From: a virus | IMG/VR virus record: IMGVR_UViG_3300027833_000001 | Location: 1-64,000 of that record | Reading direction: 5' to 3' (one strand) | Length of the DNA stretch: 64,000 bases | Part shown: positions 26,760 through 35,631 of the stretch, in pieces | Numbering within the stretch: the first letter of the stretch is position 1 | Layout of the letters: each line of letters opens with the position of its first letter | The notes under the pieces: generated by a model | Told to the model about the DNA's origin: nothing | Database searches by the model: none | The model's input: only the letters and a program-made list of their open reading frames with translations | Made by a program: the position numbers and the translations under genes

Positions 26760-27296
26760 ATGGCAAAATCTAAAATCAAGTACGAAGAATTTCGTAAAGA
26801 ACCAAAGAAAATACGCAAGAAGCGTAAACCAATGACTGAAGAGCAGAAGGCTGCCGCAGTTGAGCGACTTGCAAAAGCACGTGCGGCTCGCGCACTGAAG
26901 AACCCACCCAAGCATTCCGGCATTGCCGCTTCGGTTGTAGCATTACCAGATGACGATCCATTTTCACTAGTTAGTGTTAGGGGTTGGATTAAGTCTAACA
27001 AAGAGAAACTTACTGGTGCTAGACAAGAAGAGAAATCTGGTCTGAAGGGTGCAATAGCTAAAGTGGCTTCCCTTGATGGTTACATAAGAAACATGGAAAC
27101 TTACATTCGCACAGGTGTGTGGAATGATCTGTTCTATGGTGAACACCGTAACAACAAGATTCGCCAGTCGTGTATTGCAATGGCATACCATGAAGATGGC
27201 ACACCTAAAAGATCAATTGGTGTATTCTATGCAGACATTGGCATGACATGGCAAGGTGAAGAAGCATATGAAGAGAGAATGGAGGAACTAGCATGA
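26760..27296 (+). CDS. Conserved T4-like hypothetical protein, basic N-terminus
   Basis: 178 aa; KPMTEEQKAAAVERLAKAR; SD AGGAG. Confidence 0.7.
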   Translation: MAKSKIKYEEFRKEPKKIRKKRKPMTEEQKAAAVERLAKARAARALKNPPKHSGIAASVVALPDDDPFSLVSVRGWIKSNKEKLTGARQEEKSGLKGAIAKVASLDGYIRNMETYIRTGVWNDLFYGEHRNNKIRQSCIAMAYHEDGTPKRSIGVFYADIGMTWQGEEAYEERMEELA

Positions 27297-28183
27297 TTGT
27301 TGTAGATTATTCGCAGACCGCAATCAGTAACTTTATGGCTGAGATAAATCACCGTAAAGATTCATCCATTGAAGTGAATGTACCACTCATACGACATATG
27401 ATTCTCAATACCCTGCGCTCATACAGAACTAAGTATGGTGCAGAGTATGGTGAACTTGTAATTGCCTGTGATAACAGACACTATTGGCGTAGAGAAATCT
27501 TTCCACAGTACAAAGCTGGACGTAAGAAAGGCAGAGATGACAGTGGACTGGATTGGAACTCCATCTTTGAAGCACTCAATGCGGTGCGTGATGAGATTGA
27601 TGAATTCATGCCTTATCCTGTAATCAATGTTCATGGTGCTGAAGCTGATGATGTAATTGGTGCGTTAGCTACATATAGTCAGACTAACGACTTGACGGAC
27701 CATCCATTGTTTCAAGAGCCAAAGCCATTTATGATCATCTCTGGTGACCATGACTTCAATCAGTTGCAGAAGTACAGCAACGTGGCTCAGTACTCACCTG
27801 GTAAGAAACGCTTGGTAAAGATTACAGAACCAGCAGATCATGTAATCATGGAACATATTATCATTGGAGACAAAGGTGATGGTGTACCAAACATATTGTC
27901 AGATGATGATACATTTGTTACTGACAAGCGCCAGAGACCTATTCGTAAAACTCTATTAGCAGAGTGGAAGAAATCACCACCAGAGCAGTGGATCACAGGT
28001 GACATGGCACATGGCTACACACGCAATAAAGCATTAGTCGATCTCTCCATGACTCCTACAGCTATCTGTGAAGAGATAGTTGAGAGTTACGAGTCACAGT
28101 TAGGACAGGGCAGACAAGAGATGTTTAATTATTTCGTCAAATACCAATTAACCGGCATGATGGGTGTCATACAGGATTTCTAA
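27293..28183 (+). CDS. rnh: T4-type RNase H (5'-3' exonuclease)
   Basis: IVVDYSQ, YWRREIFPQYKAGR, EADDVI, SGDHDFNQL and GDKGDGVPNI. Confidence 0.93.
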   Translation: MIVVDYSQTAISNFMAEINHRKDSSIEVNVPLIRHMILNTLRSYRTKYGAEYGELVIACDNRHYWRREIFPQYKAGRKKGRDDSGLDWNSIFEALNAVRDEIDEFMPYPVINVHGAEADDVIGALATYSQTNDLTDHPLFQEPKPFMIISGDHDFNQLQKYSNVAQYSPGKKRLVKITEPADHVIMEHIIIGDKGDGVPNILSDDDTFVTDKRQRPIRKTLLAEWKKSPPEQWITGDMAHGYTRNKALVDLSMTPTAICEEIVESYESQLGQGRQEMFNYFVKYQLTGMMGVIQDF

Positions 28184-28275
28184 TGGATTATATTCAAATA
28201 GGGTCATACATCTTTTTTGGTGCAGTGTTTATAGTTTGGTGGATTATAAAATACGATGATTACCATGATGACTAA
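28183..28275 (+). CDS. 30 aa single-TM peptide (not in ORF track)
   Basis: TAATG coupling; MDYIQIGSYIFFGAVFIVWWIIKYDDYHDD. Confidence 0.5.
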   Translation: MDYIQIGSYIFFGAVFIVWWIIKYDDYHDD

Positions 28276-28312
28276 ATAGTAATGTTATTATTAAACTACC
28301 AGTGGAGTTAGT

Positions 28313-28804
28313 ATGAAGAAATTTAGACAAGTTGATGAAGGTTTAGTATGGGTACTTGAAGGAGTATCCATCGATGATCAAGTCAGTAGATTAAAAGAAT
28401 GGGCAAAGTCAACCCAGTGTTTAGTACCAGTTGTTAGAATTGGTGTCGGAGCAGAAAAAGTAGACTTCGGTATACCAGAAGGTATGCCAGACCTCGCAAA
28501 ACTCAAAGAAGATATTCCAGCAGGGATGGGGCATTCTACCATCAATCTAGAATGGCGTAGGATTTCTGGTTTTACGCAAGCTGATAGCCCAATTCACAAA
28601 ATCACCCAAGCAAAGCGTGAAAACGTATGGGTACAAATACTAGAGGGATTACACCATACAGAAGCTAAGGTGCTTACTGCGGTAAAAGATGGTAAACTTC
28701 TAGGACTCTATCCAAAGCTGGAAAGAATTTTGCCGGCATTGGGTATAACAGAATACAACAAGCCAAAAGCTAAACGGAAAACTAAAGCTAAGAAGGAGAA
28801 GTAA
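28313..28804 (+). CDS. Conserved T4-like protein downstream of rnh (DUF6433-like)
   Basis: KRENVWVQILEGLHHTEAKVLTAVKD; ACTAAATA late-promoter variant at 28271-28278. Confidence 0.65.
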   Translation: MKKFRQVDEGLVWVLEGVSIDDQVSRLKEWAKSTQCLVPVVRIGVGAEKVDFGIPEGMPDLAKLKEDIPAGMGHSTINLEWRRISGFTQADSPIHKITQAKRENVWVQILEGLHHTEAKVLTAVKDGKLLGLYPKLERILPALGITEYNKPKAKRKTKAKKEK

Positions 28805-29094
28805 TGAAGATTGAGATTGTCAAGGCGGCTAGAGCGTATTTTGAAGGTGCTAAGTCTAAGCACGTATTGAATGCACTCCTGATATTGGAGAAACCAGCGG
28901 CAGTTGCAGAACACCCTGATATGATTGAGACACTAGAAGTAGAACTTGGAAAGGTAGCGCACTACAATGATATGCTAGATGCATTAGGTGAAGTGGCTCC
29001 TAGAAATGTTCAACAAACTCTAGTTGAAGCAGGAATGGATGGTGTGATAGGTGCATTAGGTCAAGAATTCCTAGACAAAGACGAAGGTCTATAG
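28804..29094 (+). CDS. Conserved small phage protein
   Basis: VAEHPDMIETLEVEL; coupled start. Confidence 0.65.
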   Translation: MKIEIVKAARAYFEGAKSKHVLNALLILEKPAAVAEHPDMIETLEVELGKVAHYNDMLDALGEVAPRNVQQTLVEAGMDGVIGALGQEFLDKDEGL

Positions 29095-29597
29095 GGGTCA
29101 TAAAAGCGACCCCATTGCCAACCTTCTGGCAATACAAATTCAAGTAATACAAGGTGCCTCTTGCCGTTCGGTTCAACGCACCATTTTCTTTTGGGTCTTT
29201 GAAAAGCCTTTAGACGTATTTTATTAATGGTATCTTGGGTGTGTTTGCGCCCATACATAGGATTAAATTCACCACCTCTGGTGCCAGTCATAGTTGCAGA
29301 GATTCTCCTCTTATGATCCTCTTTCAATCCATTAGCGGCAGGATGCTTCTTTCCCAGTTTCGCTTGGCGTATCCTCTCACGACCTTCTGGTGTATGCCAC
29401 TCAGTTCTATCACGACACTTATCTACAATGGGGAAATTGGCTGTATTCAAGGAGATCACATAGTCCCGCACATCCTCTACAGTAGACTTTTTGATGATCA
29501 GTTCTCTAGGTTTGGGTACTGTCTGAAGTGAGTCTTCATCTACTATCCAGAACTCATTTCGGTGCTGAAAGAGGAAGAAACGTGTGGCACGTGGCAT
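29061..29597 (-). CDS. NUMOD3-repeat DNA-binding protein (homing-endonuclease related)
   Basis: HTPEGRERIRQAKLG, EDHKRRIS and NPMYGRKHTQDTINKI; own late promoter. Confidence 0.7.
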   Translation of the reverse strand: MPRATRFFLFQHRNEFWIVDEDSLQTVPKPRELIIKKSTVEDVRDYVISLNTANFPIVDKCRDRTEWHTPEGRERIRQAKLGKKHPAANGLKEDHKRRISATMTGTRGGEFNPMYGRKHTQDTINKIRLKAFQRPKRKWCVEPNGKRHLVLLEFVLPEGWQWGRFYDPYRPSSLSRNS

Positions 29598-29636
29598 TAT
29601 ATGGTCAATCCTATAATAATATTGTCAACTTTCTTC

Positions 29637-29644
29637 TATTTATA
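29637..29644 (-). promoter_or_regulatory. T4-type late promoter (minus strand)
   Basis: TATTTATA on + reads TATAAATA on -, upstream of 29597. Confidence 0.8.
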
Positions 29645-29656
29645 TGCAAAAAAGGG

Positions 29657-29685
29657 TTGACTTTTACCTCAAAATGGTGCATAAT
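29657..29685 (+). promoter_or_regulatory. Sigma70-type early promoter
   Basis: A-tract followed by TTGACT-17-CATAAT; GA-rich leader. Confidence 0.75.
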
Positions 29686-29712
29686 ATACTAGTAAATGAG
29701 AGAGGAGATCAA

Positions 29713-29994
29713 ATGTTAATAGATTATATAAGTGCTAATGAGGGTGGAATCCAGTTCTTTGGGGGTGAGCCTACTAAAGATTGGGATATGATTGGATTCG
29801 GTAAGACTCCAGCAGAATGCCAAGCTATCATTATGGAAAATGGACTTTCTGAAGATGGTGTTTTTGCTTCTTCTTCAATGGACTTTGCTAGTGAGTATGG
29901 CTTTGCTGAAAACGATGACGCGAATACCATGTGGTACGAAGCTATCAAGAATTGCACCCAAGACAATTGGAAATCTATCTCAGTAGGAATATAA
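29713..29994 (+). CDS. Early hypothetical protein
   Basis: SD GAGGAG; SSSMDFASEYGF. Confidence 0.7.
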   Translation: MLIDYISANEGGIQFFGGEPTKDWDMIGFGKTPAECQAIIMENGLSEDGVFASSSMDFASEYGFAENDDANTMWYEAIKNCTQDNWKSISVGI

Positions 29995-29996
29995 TT

Positions 29997-30539
29997 ATGA
30001 AAATTGTAATCAATACTCAAATCAAAGAAAACTACGGTGCCCACGACTGGGATGGCGTTGGTACTTGCCCTCAGTACTGGAAGTTCAAAGGTGGTCGCAC
30101 GTTTGTTATATCCAATGTGTCTGTAGAGCAGGCACAAGATATTCCTTTCTGGGATAACGCTATCGATGCTGTTACCTGCTCGGACGAGTACTACGAGGAG
30201 TACGTATTACAGTCGGAACTGTTAGATGATGGTGCTACCGTCGATATAGAGCCATGGGAGACTGTTATCTCATTAGAGAAGGACATCTTCACTGATGGTT
30301 TTGTAGCATTGCAGACTGTGGTCAACGACCGCTATGCAAGCATGAAGTTTCCAATCGCTAAGAAGTTTAACCGTTGGTTACAGATATCTGGTGAGCAGAT
30401 TGATTACTCTTGCTCCTACGAGTTTGCAAATGGTCATGTTCTACCTTACAAGGAAGCTATGGAATACCTTGCTAAGATCGATGACAACAACTACGAATTA
30501 CAAATATTTGAGGATGATGCACAATGTGTAACGGCATAG
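29997..30539 (+). CDS. Early hypothetical protein
   Basis: MKIVINTQIKENYGAHDWDG..PQYWKFKGG; SD AGGA. Confidence 0.7.
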   Translation: MKIVINTQIKENYGAHDWDGVGTCPQYWKFKGGRTFVISNVSVEQAQDIPFWDNAIDAVTCSDEYYEEYVLQSELLDDGATVDIEPWETVISLEKDIFTDGFVALQTVVNDRYASMKFPIAKKFNRWLQISGEQIDYSCSYEFANGHVLPYKEAMEYLAKIDDNNYELQIFEDDAQCVTA

Positions 30540-30727
30540 ATCAGATGGACGTTGAATGGGAAGAGGTCAAGTACCTGTTTCCACCTAAAATTCAAATTGG
30601 TCTGAAAGGTTTCAAACAAACTTTCGAAACAGAGGAGTTAGCCATTGACTTCTTTGGTGCAATCGAGTATAATGCTATTAAGAATGGCACTCATTCAGAA
30701 TACTGGTTTAAGGAGGTATATAATTGA
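30524..30727 (+). CDS. Hypothetical protein
   Basis: 67 aa with overlapping start and stop. Confidence 0.55.
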   Translation: MCNGIDQMDVEWEEVKYLFPPKIQIGLKGFKQTFETEELAIDFFGAIEYNAIKNGTHSEYWFKEVYN

Positions 30728-31311
30728 ACGTATTTTATTTAGATAAACAGCCGACAGATTGTGCTAAATTCCATGTGGACAAGCACGTAGTCAAAATGAA
30801 CGTAGAGTATGCACAACTACTCTCAACAGCACACCGCGTATTAGACGGTGAATTATGGTATGACAAGACCGCTAATGGTAGAAGCATCAAGCGATGGCGA
30901 CATACCGACCAATGGCGTGATGATATCCTATACAAAGCATCTCATGTCAATCACCCTTCCAATATCTGGTGCAGAGCATCAAAAGACAATTACGATTGGC
31001 TCTACCAGCTATTTCTTGCTACCCTTGATGAGTACACATATCGTTATGGTAAAATCCATGGTTGTGCTAAAATGGTGCACGTACTCAGAGAAGCACCTCA
31101 GAATATCCCTGATGTCGGCTTCACACAGCCCACACCAGCTATGCCAGACCAGTACAAAACAAGTGACGCAATACAAGCGTATCGACAGTACTACATTGGT
31201 GAGAAGTCTGGTTTCGCAGTATGGAAGAATCGTGAGACTCCTGCGTGGTTTTTAGAAGAGAATTACAAGAAAGTGCTTGACAATGCGGAGAATCCTGCTA
31301 TAATAACTTAG
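30724..31311 (+). CDS. Pyrimidine dimer DNA glycosylase / endonuclease V-like family
   Basis: MNVFYLD..DKHVVKM..AQLLSTAH, HVNHPSNIW, EYTYRYGKIH and AMPDQYK..AYRQYY; TTG start with SD AAGGAGG. Confidence 0.75.
   Translation: MNVFYLDKQPTDCAKFHVDKHVVKMNVEYAQLLSTAHRVLDGELWYDKTANGRSIKRWRHTDQWRDDILYKASHVNHPSNIWCRASKDNYDWLYQLFLATLDEYTYRYGKIHGCAKMVHVLREAPQNIPDVGFTQPTPAMPDQYKTSDAIQAYRQYYIGEKSGFAVWKNRETPAWFLEENYKKVLDNAENPAIIT
31277..31304 (+). promoter_or_regulatory. Sigma70-type early promoter
   Basis: TTGACA-16-TATAAT followed by a TGAGAGAGG leader. Confidence 0.75.
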
Positions 31312-31329
31312 TAAATTGAGAGAGGAAAT

Positions 31330-31494
31330 ATGACAGTAAAAAATTATGAAGCCGCCATTGCCAAATACGAGGTTATGCTACGAAACGCTGACCTCACCAT
31401 TTCACAGTATGTGGCAATCAAACGTGAAAGCGACAGAGTTCGCCTCGAACTAGCCGAGTTGAAGCTAGGAGGAACTGGATATGCAAGAATCTAA
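31330..31494 (+). CDS. 54 aa early protein (not in ORF track)
   Basis: SD GAGG; MTVKNYEAAIAKYEVMLRNADLTISQYVAIKRESDRVRLELAELKLGGTGYARI. Confidence 0.65.
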   Translation: MTVKNYEAAIAKYEVMLRNADLTISQYVAIKRESDRVRLELAELKLGGTGYARI

Positions 31495-32104
31495 TAGCCC
31501 AGATAAATTCATACTGGTCGATTGTGATGGAGTATGTCTGGACTGGGAACAAGCATTCTATATGTGGATGCTACACAAGACCATCCAACCCGCAGTAGAG
31601 AACTACAAAGAACTCTACAACGTGAACGAGTGGTACGGACTTGACAAAGAGCAGGGCAAGAGACTGGTCACTGAATTCAATGCTAGTGCCGCTATGGGGT
31701 TCTTACCTCCTCTGCGTGATTCTCAATGGTACATCAAGATGCTGGCTGAGAAGCATGGTTACCGATTTGTAGCAGTCACCAGTCAAAGCGATGATCCATT
31801 CGCACAACAACTCCGTATCAGCAATCTGAAGAAGTTATTTGGAGAAGACACCTTTGCAGAGTATCACATCCTAGGGTGTGGAGATGACAAAGATGAAATC
31901 TTGTTGGAGCTCCAAGATAAATATGCTGGATGCTACTGGATAGAAGATAAGCCTAAGAATGCCATAGTAGGACACAACTTAGGGTATCGAACTATGCTGG
32001 TAGAACACACCCATAATATGCAGATGGAGATTCCAGAAGGAATCGAAGTCGTTAGAACTTGGGAAGATATATACAACAGCGTAATAGGAATTGATAAATG
32101 GTAG
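31481..32104 (+). CDS. HAD-superfamily phosphatase/nucleotidase (T4 gp30.2-like)
   Basis: ILVDCDGV, AVTS and WIEDKPKN. Confidence 0.8.
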   Translation: MQESNSPDKFILVDCDGVCLDWEQAFYMWMLHKTIQPAVENYKELYNVNEWYGLDKEQGKRLVTEFNASAAMGFLPPLRDSQWYIKMLAEKHGYRFVAVTSQSDDPFAQQLRISNLKKLFGEDTFAEYHILGCGDDKDEILLELQDKYAGCYWIEDKPKNAIVGHNLGYRTMLVEHTHNMQMEIPEGIEVVRTWEDIYNSVIGIDKW

Positions 32105-32343
32105 AAGCGTTTAGTCTAGAAGTAAAAGAATTAGTGTTTTTGTGTGTATTCGCAGTCGGTATTACCTGTTCATATATTTCAGGTAGATCATATGGTATGT
32201 CCATTGGTGGTACTGTGGGTATGAATCTTATGAAAGAGTTTTTCAAGACTCGCCTTGGTTCAGAAAAAGTTGAAGAACTGTGTGAACAGGGACCATGGAA
32301 TTTTGAAAATTGGTTGGTTAAACTACAAAAAGATAAATCATAA
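32098..32343 (+). CDS. Small membrane protein
   Basis: N-terminal TM segment. Confidence 0.6.
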   Translation: MVEAFSLEVKELVFLCVFAVGITCSYISGRSYGMSIGGTVGMNLMKEFFKTRLGSEKVEELCEQGPWNFENWLVKLQKDKS

Positions 32344-33228
32344 ATGAAAACACTAGTCGGTAATGATACGTTCGGTAGAAGCAGTTCCGATGGAGCACAG
32401 CTAAAAGATCAACCCGAAATTCGTAAATGGTTCCCCTCTGATACAGAAGAGAATTGGGAACACCTGATGTCCAATGAAAAAACGAGACAAATCAGTATCG
32501 ACAATGGATGGGTAAAGCGCAATCCAGATGATACCTGGTCAAACGATCCTAAAGAAATCTTATATAGAATCAATAAGCATGGCTTTAGGGCTGACCATTT
32601 TATGGCAAATAGACTCCAAGAAAAGTGTGCTATGTTCCTAGGATGCTCTAATATGTTTGGAGTGGGTATATACGAGAAGCACACCATACCTTACCTATTT
32701 TCACAGAAACTTGCATCAACTGACATGAAGCAGTTACACTGTATTAACATGGGACAACCTGGTGGATCACTGGATGCGGCTACCAGAGTAGCGATGACAT
32801 GGGCACCTATATTTAAACCTAAACTCATTGTATTACTATTACCTCCAGGACTCAGAAGAGAGTATTGGACATCTGCATTGATGAATGAAGATATGGTAGA
32901 TAATGGCAACAGATGGATTCAATATGGGATTAACAAAGCCAGTGGTACATCCAGCCCTGCTTGGGGTGAACTTATAGAACAGATTTTTATAACACCACAG
33001 GAAGAGATGGTCAGTACAGCACGTAATATGTGGGCACTCAAAGGATTGGCACTACACCTGGGAGCAAGGTTCCTAGTTGCAGATGGTATGCAAGTACCTA
33101 CAAAATTAAGTAAAGAAACAATATTAAAGGCACGTGATATGAAGCACTATTCTGCCAAATGGCATGAGTGGTTAACCGAGTATTACTTTGATCAATATAT
33201 GAATAACAATACAAGTTATTGCCCGTAA
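32344..33228 (+). CDS. SGNH-like protein
   Basis: INKHGFR, FLGCSNMFG, NMGQPGGS and ARDMKH. Confidence 0.6.
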   Translation: MKTLVGNDTFGRSSSDGAQLKDQPEIRKWFPSDTEENWEHLMSNEKTRQISIDNGWVKRNPDDTWSNDPKEILYRINKHGFRADHFMANRLQEKCAMFLGCSNMFGVGIYEKHTIPYLFSQKLASTDMKQLHCINMGQPGGSLDAATRVAMTWAPIFKPKLIVLLLPPGLRREYWTSALMNEDMVDNGNRWIQYGINKASGTSSPAWGELIEQIFITPQEEMVSTARNMWALKGLALHLGARFLVADGMQVPTKLSKETILKARDMKHYSAKWHEWLTEYYFDQYMNNNTSYCP

Positions 33229-33240
33229 CACAGGAAACGA

Positions 33241-33552
33241 ATGGAAAAACTACTCAGAGTGACATTCACCGTCACACTCATGCTTATATTCTTTTGGACA
33301 TGGCCAGCAAGGCTATTCACTGACAAGAGCAACTGTTATTTCTGGACACTAGAACGGCTCATCGTAGAAGGTGGTCGTGCTAAATGGTATAATTCACAGC
33401 GATGGTTTGGACATCATGTGATATGGATAGACAAAGCAGGACAAGGATGGGAGTATACGATACCTAGAATGCGTAGGAATACTCCATGGTGGAAGATGTT
33501 ATACTACGCTGGTACAGTCAGAAAGTTTAAGCAGTCACGCAAAGACCAGTAG
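33241..33552 (+). CDS. Hypothetical protein, Trp-rich
   Basis: 103 aa with SD AGGA. Confidence 0.6.
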   Translation: MEKLLRVTFTVTLMLIFFWTWPARLFTDKSNCYFWTLERLIVEGGRAKWYNSQRWFGHHVIWIDKAGQGWEYTIPRMRRNTPWWKMLYYAGTVRKFKQSRKDQ

Positions 33553-33563
33553 TCTTGAACTAG

Positions 33564-33869
33564 ATGGAGTCCACCTCAAGAAAGTGTATAGGAATCTGTA
33601 AGCTAGATGAAATGGATACCTGTATTGGATGTAATCGAACGATAGAAGAGATAACTATGGAAGGTAAGAAAGCTAAAAAAGTACCTACACGACCAGCGAA
33701 AACAAAATTCGCAAGTCTCACCGATTTCAGGAACTGGCTTGAAAAGAACACCAAAGAAAGAGTGGTAAGTTTTGATGGTCTGCACCTGGTAATGAGGCGT
33801 GGAAGAAAGCATATCACATATGGCATGGTCGATTCTGAAGTCATAGAACACGGACAGGAAAAGTTATGA
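33564..33869 (+). CDS. DUF1289-like Cys4 domain fused to a basic domain
   Basis: CIGICKLD..CIGCNRTIEEI. Confidence 0.55.
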   Translation: MESTSRKCIGICKLDEMDTCIGCNRTIEEITMEGKKAKKVPTRPAKTKFASLTDFRNWLEKNTKERVVSFDGLHLVMRRGRKHITYGMVDSEVIEHGQEKL

Positions 33870-34702
33870 GCGAAGTATGGTTTGATGTAGAAGACGATGA
33901 GCCACGCTACTATAAGACGATGGTAGTCAGCGGTGGCTTTGATCCTCTTCATAGTGGACACATAGACTATCTAGAGTCAGCATCAAGTCATGGAGACGAA
34001 TTGGTAGTTCTCCTCAACTCAGACGAATGGCTCATACGGAAGAAGGGCACAGCATTCATGCCATTCGCAGAACGCAAAGCGATCCTAGAAAGCCTCGCTT
34101 GCAACCCTCGCGTATTCGCACATGACGATAGTGACGGTTCAGCAAGGAAAGGGCTAGAGAATCTGGTGAGCGACAAGCGATGGTCAGATATTATCACATT
34201 CTGCAATGGTGGTGACAGGACAGTAGACAATATACCAGAAGGAAACATCGTAGGTATAGAGTATCTGTTCAACGTAGGTGGAGAGAAAACGGAAAGTTCG
34301 TCAGGAATTCTCAGCAAATACCTCAATAATACAGCAAGTCTCGTCACGGTAAAGCGCACCTGGGGTCATTACTCAGTGCTATGGGAAGACGATAGCGTCA
34401 AGGTAAAGGAACTGGTGATCAAGCCCAACAGTGGAATCAGTATGCAACGCCATAGAAAACGCTCAGAGCAGTGGTTTATCAGTAAGGGAACAGCTAAAGT
34501 CAAAATGGGATTGCCCACGAATCCCGAATATCGCCAAACAATAGAACTCAAAGAAGCGCAATTCTTTCAGGTACGAGTAGGCTCATGGCATCAATTATAC
34601 AACGAATCGAGTACAGATGTCCATGTGATAGAGATCCAATACGGTGAGGACACCAGAGAGGATGACATCGAAAGACATTCATTTTACGGAGAAGAGCCAT
34701 GA
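33866..34702 (+). CDS. Cytidylyltransferase (RfaE/TagD-like) fused to a type II mannose-6-phosphate isomerase cupin
   Basis: SGGFDPLHSGH, LNSDEWL and NGGDR, followed by RTWGHY, SMQRHRKRSEQW and EIQYG..EDDIER. Confidence 0.85.
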   Translation: MSEVWFDVEDDEPRYYKTMVVSGGFDPLHSGHIDYLESASSHGDELVVLLNSDEWLIRKKGTAFMPFAERKAILESLACNPRVFAHDDSDGSARKGLENLVSDKRWSDIITFCNGGDRTVDNIPEGNIVGIEYLFNVGGEKTESSSGILSKYLNNTASLVTVKRTWGHYSVLWEDDSVKVKELVIKPNSGISMQRHRKRSEQWFISKGTAKVKMGLPTNPEYRQTIELKEAQFFQVRVGSWHQLYNESSTDVHVIEIQYGEDTREDDIERHSFYGEEP

Positions 34703-34902
34703 ACAGAAGAAGGATGATTCGCAAGCAAAACGAAGAAAAAGAGCAGTGGTATTACATGATGTTCCAAGAGAACTGTAAGGAGAGGGAAGACAATCAAGAA
34801 GATATCTACACCTTCCAAGAGTATCTCACTCGGTGCGCTAGTTTTCTAAACGAGGAATGGGAGGAATATTGTGAAAAGAATAACACGCGGAGACTATCAT
34901 AG
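34699..34902 (+). CDS. Hypothetical protein
   Basis: 67 aa with coupled start. Confidence 0.55.
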   Translation: MNRRRMIRKQNEEKEQWYYMMFQENCKEREDNQEDIYTFQEYLTRCASFLNEEWEEYCEKNNTRRLS

Positions 34903-35293
34903 ACACATATGGTGGTTGGAAGAGAACAATAAAGAACTTATATCGTGGGAACAGTATAAGCATATGAAACAAAAAGGACTACCTATGGGTGATGATACAG
35001 ATAAGACAGTAAAGATACTCGCATACAGTATAACATTGATAGTAGTATTCAGTATTCTATTGCTATACTTCATAGTAACAAAAGATAACAACATCCCTGG
35101 ATATATGGGTACACCTATGAGTGAAGACCTTTATAGGGATCATCCTGCTGACCGAGTTAAACCATCTCCGATACCAGTAAGACCATCCACAGAGCAGATG
35201 GACCGTACGTTGGAGAGATGTTTTCGTAGGGGAACTGATAGTTGTATACTTGAATTAGATTCCAGTGCCTCCATGAGAAAGCACCTAGTATAA
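34871..35293 (+). CDS. Hypothetical membrane-anchored protein
   Basis: Central TM ILAYSITLIVVFSILLLYFIV; start uncertain. Confidence 0.5.
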   Translation: MKRITRGDYHRHIWWLEENNKELISWEQYKHMKQKGLPMGDDTDKTVKILAYSITLIVVFSILLLYFIVTKDNNIPGYMGTPMSEDLYRDHPADRVKPSPIPVRPSTEQMDRTLERCFRRGTDSCILELDSSASMRKHLV

Positions 35294-35384
35294 ATGTGAG
35301 CGTCGGCTCCGTTTCCAGAAAGGTCCCGGAGATTTTACCTAGACAGCTACGGGGATCCGAGCATCCATAGCCTCCAAAACAGCT

Positions 35385-35413
35385 AGTATAACACAGGTAG
35401 CGCCAGAAGTCAA
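35385..35413 (-). promoter_or_regulatory. Sigma70-type promoter on the minus strand
   Basis: Reverse complement reads TTGACT-17-TATACT with extended TG. Confidence 0.65.
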
Positions 35414-35456
35414 GGGGTCCGTGCAAAATAAACATGAAATAAAGTGAAGAAAAGGG

Positions 35457-35484
35457 TTGACATTCCCTCCTAGCCGTGTATAAT
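35457..35484 (+). promoter_or_regulatory. Sigma70-type early promoter
   Basis: A-tract followed by TTGACA-16-TATAAT. Confidence 0.7.
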
Positions 35485-35569
35485 AGGGTGTGTAGCCCTT
35501 AAAGAATAGAACAACACTATATGGTTATACATTGTTTATACTGTTATAACAAATAAGTCTAAAAAAGAC

Positions 35570-35598
35570 TTGACATTCCCTTGGAAGTGTACTATAAT
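35570..35598 (+). promoter_or_regulatory. Sigma70-type early promoter
   Basis: TTGACA-17-TATAAT followed by AGTCTTGTAACAA. Confidence 0.85.
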
Positions 35599-35631
35599 AG
35601 TCTTGTAACAATGAGAGAAGAGAGAGAAATT

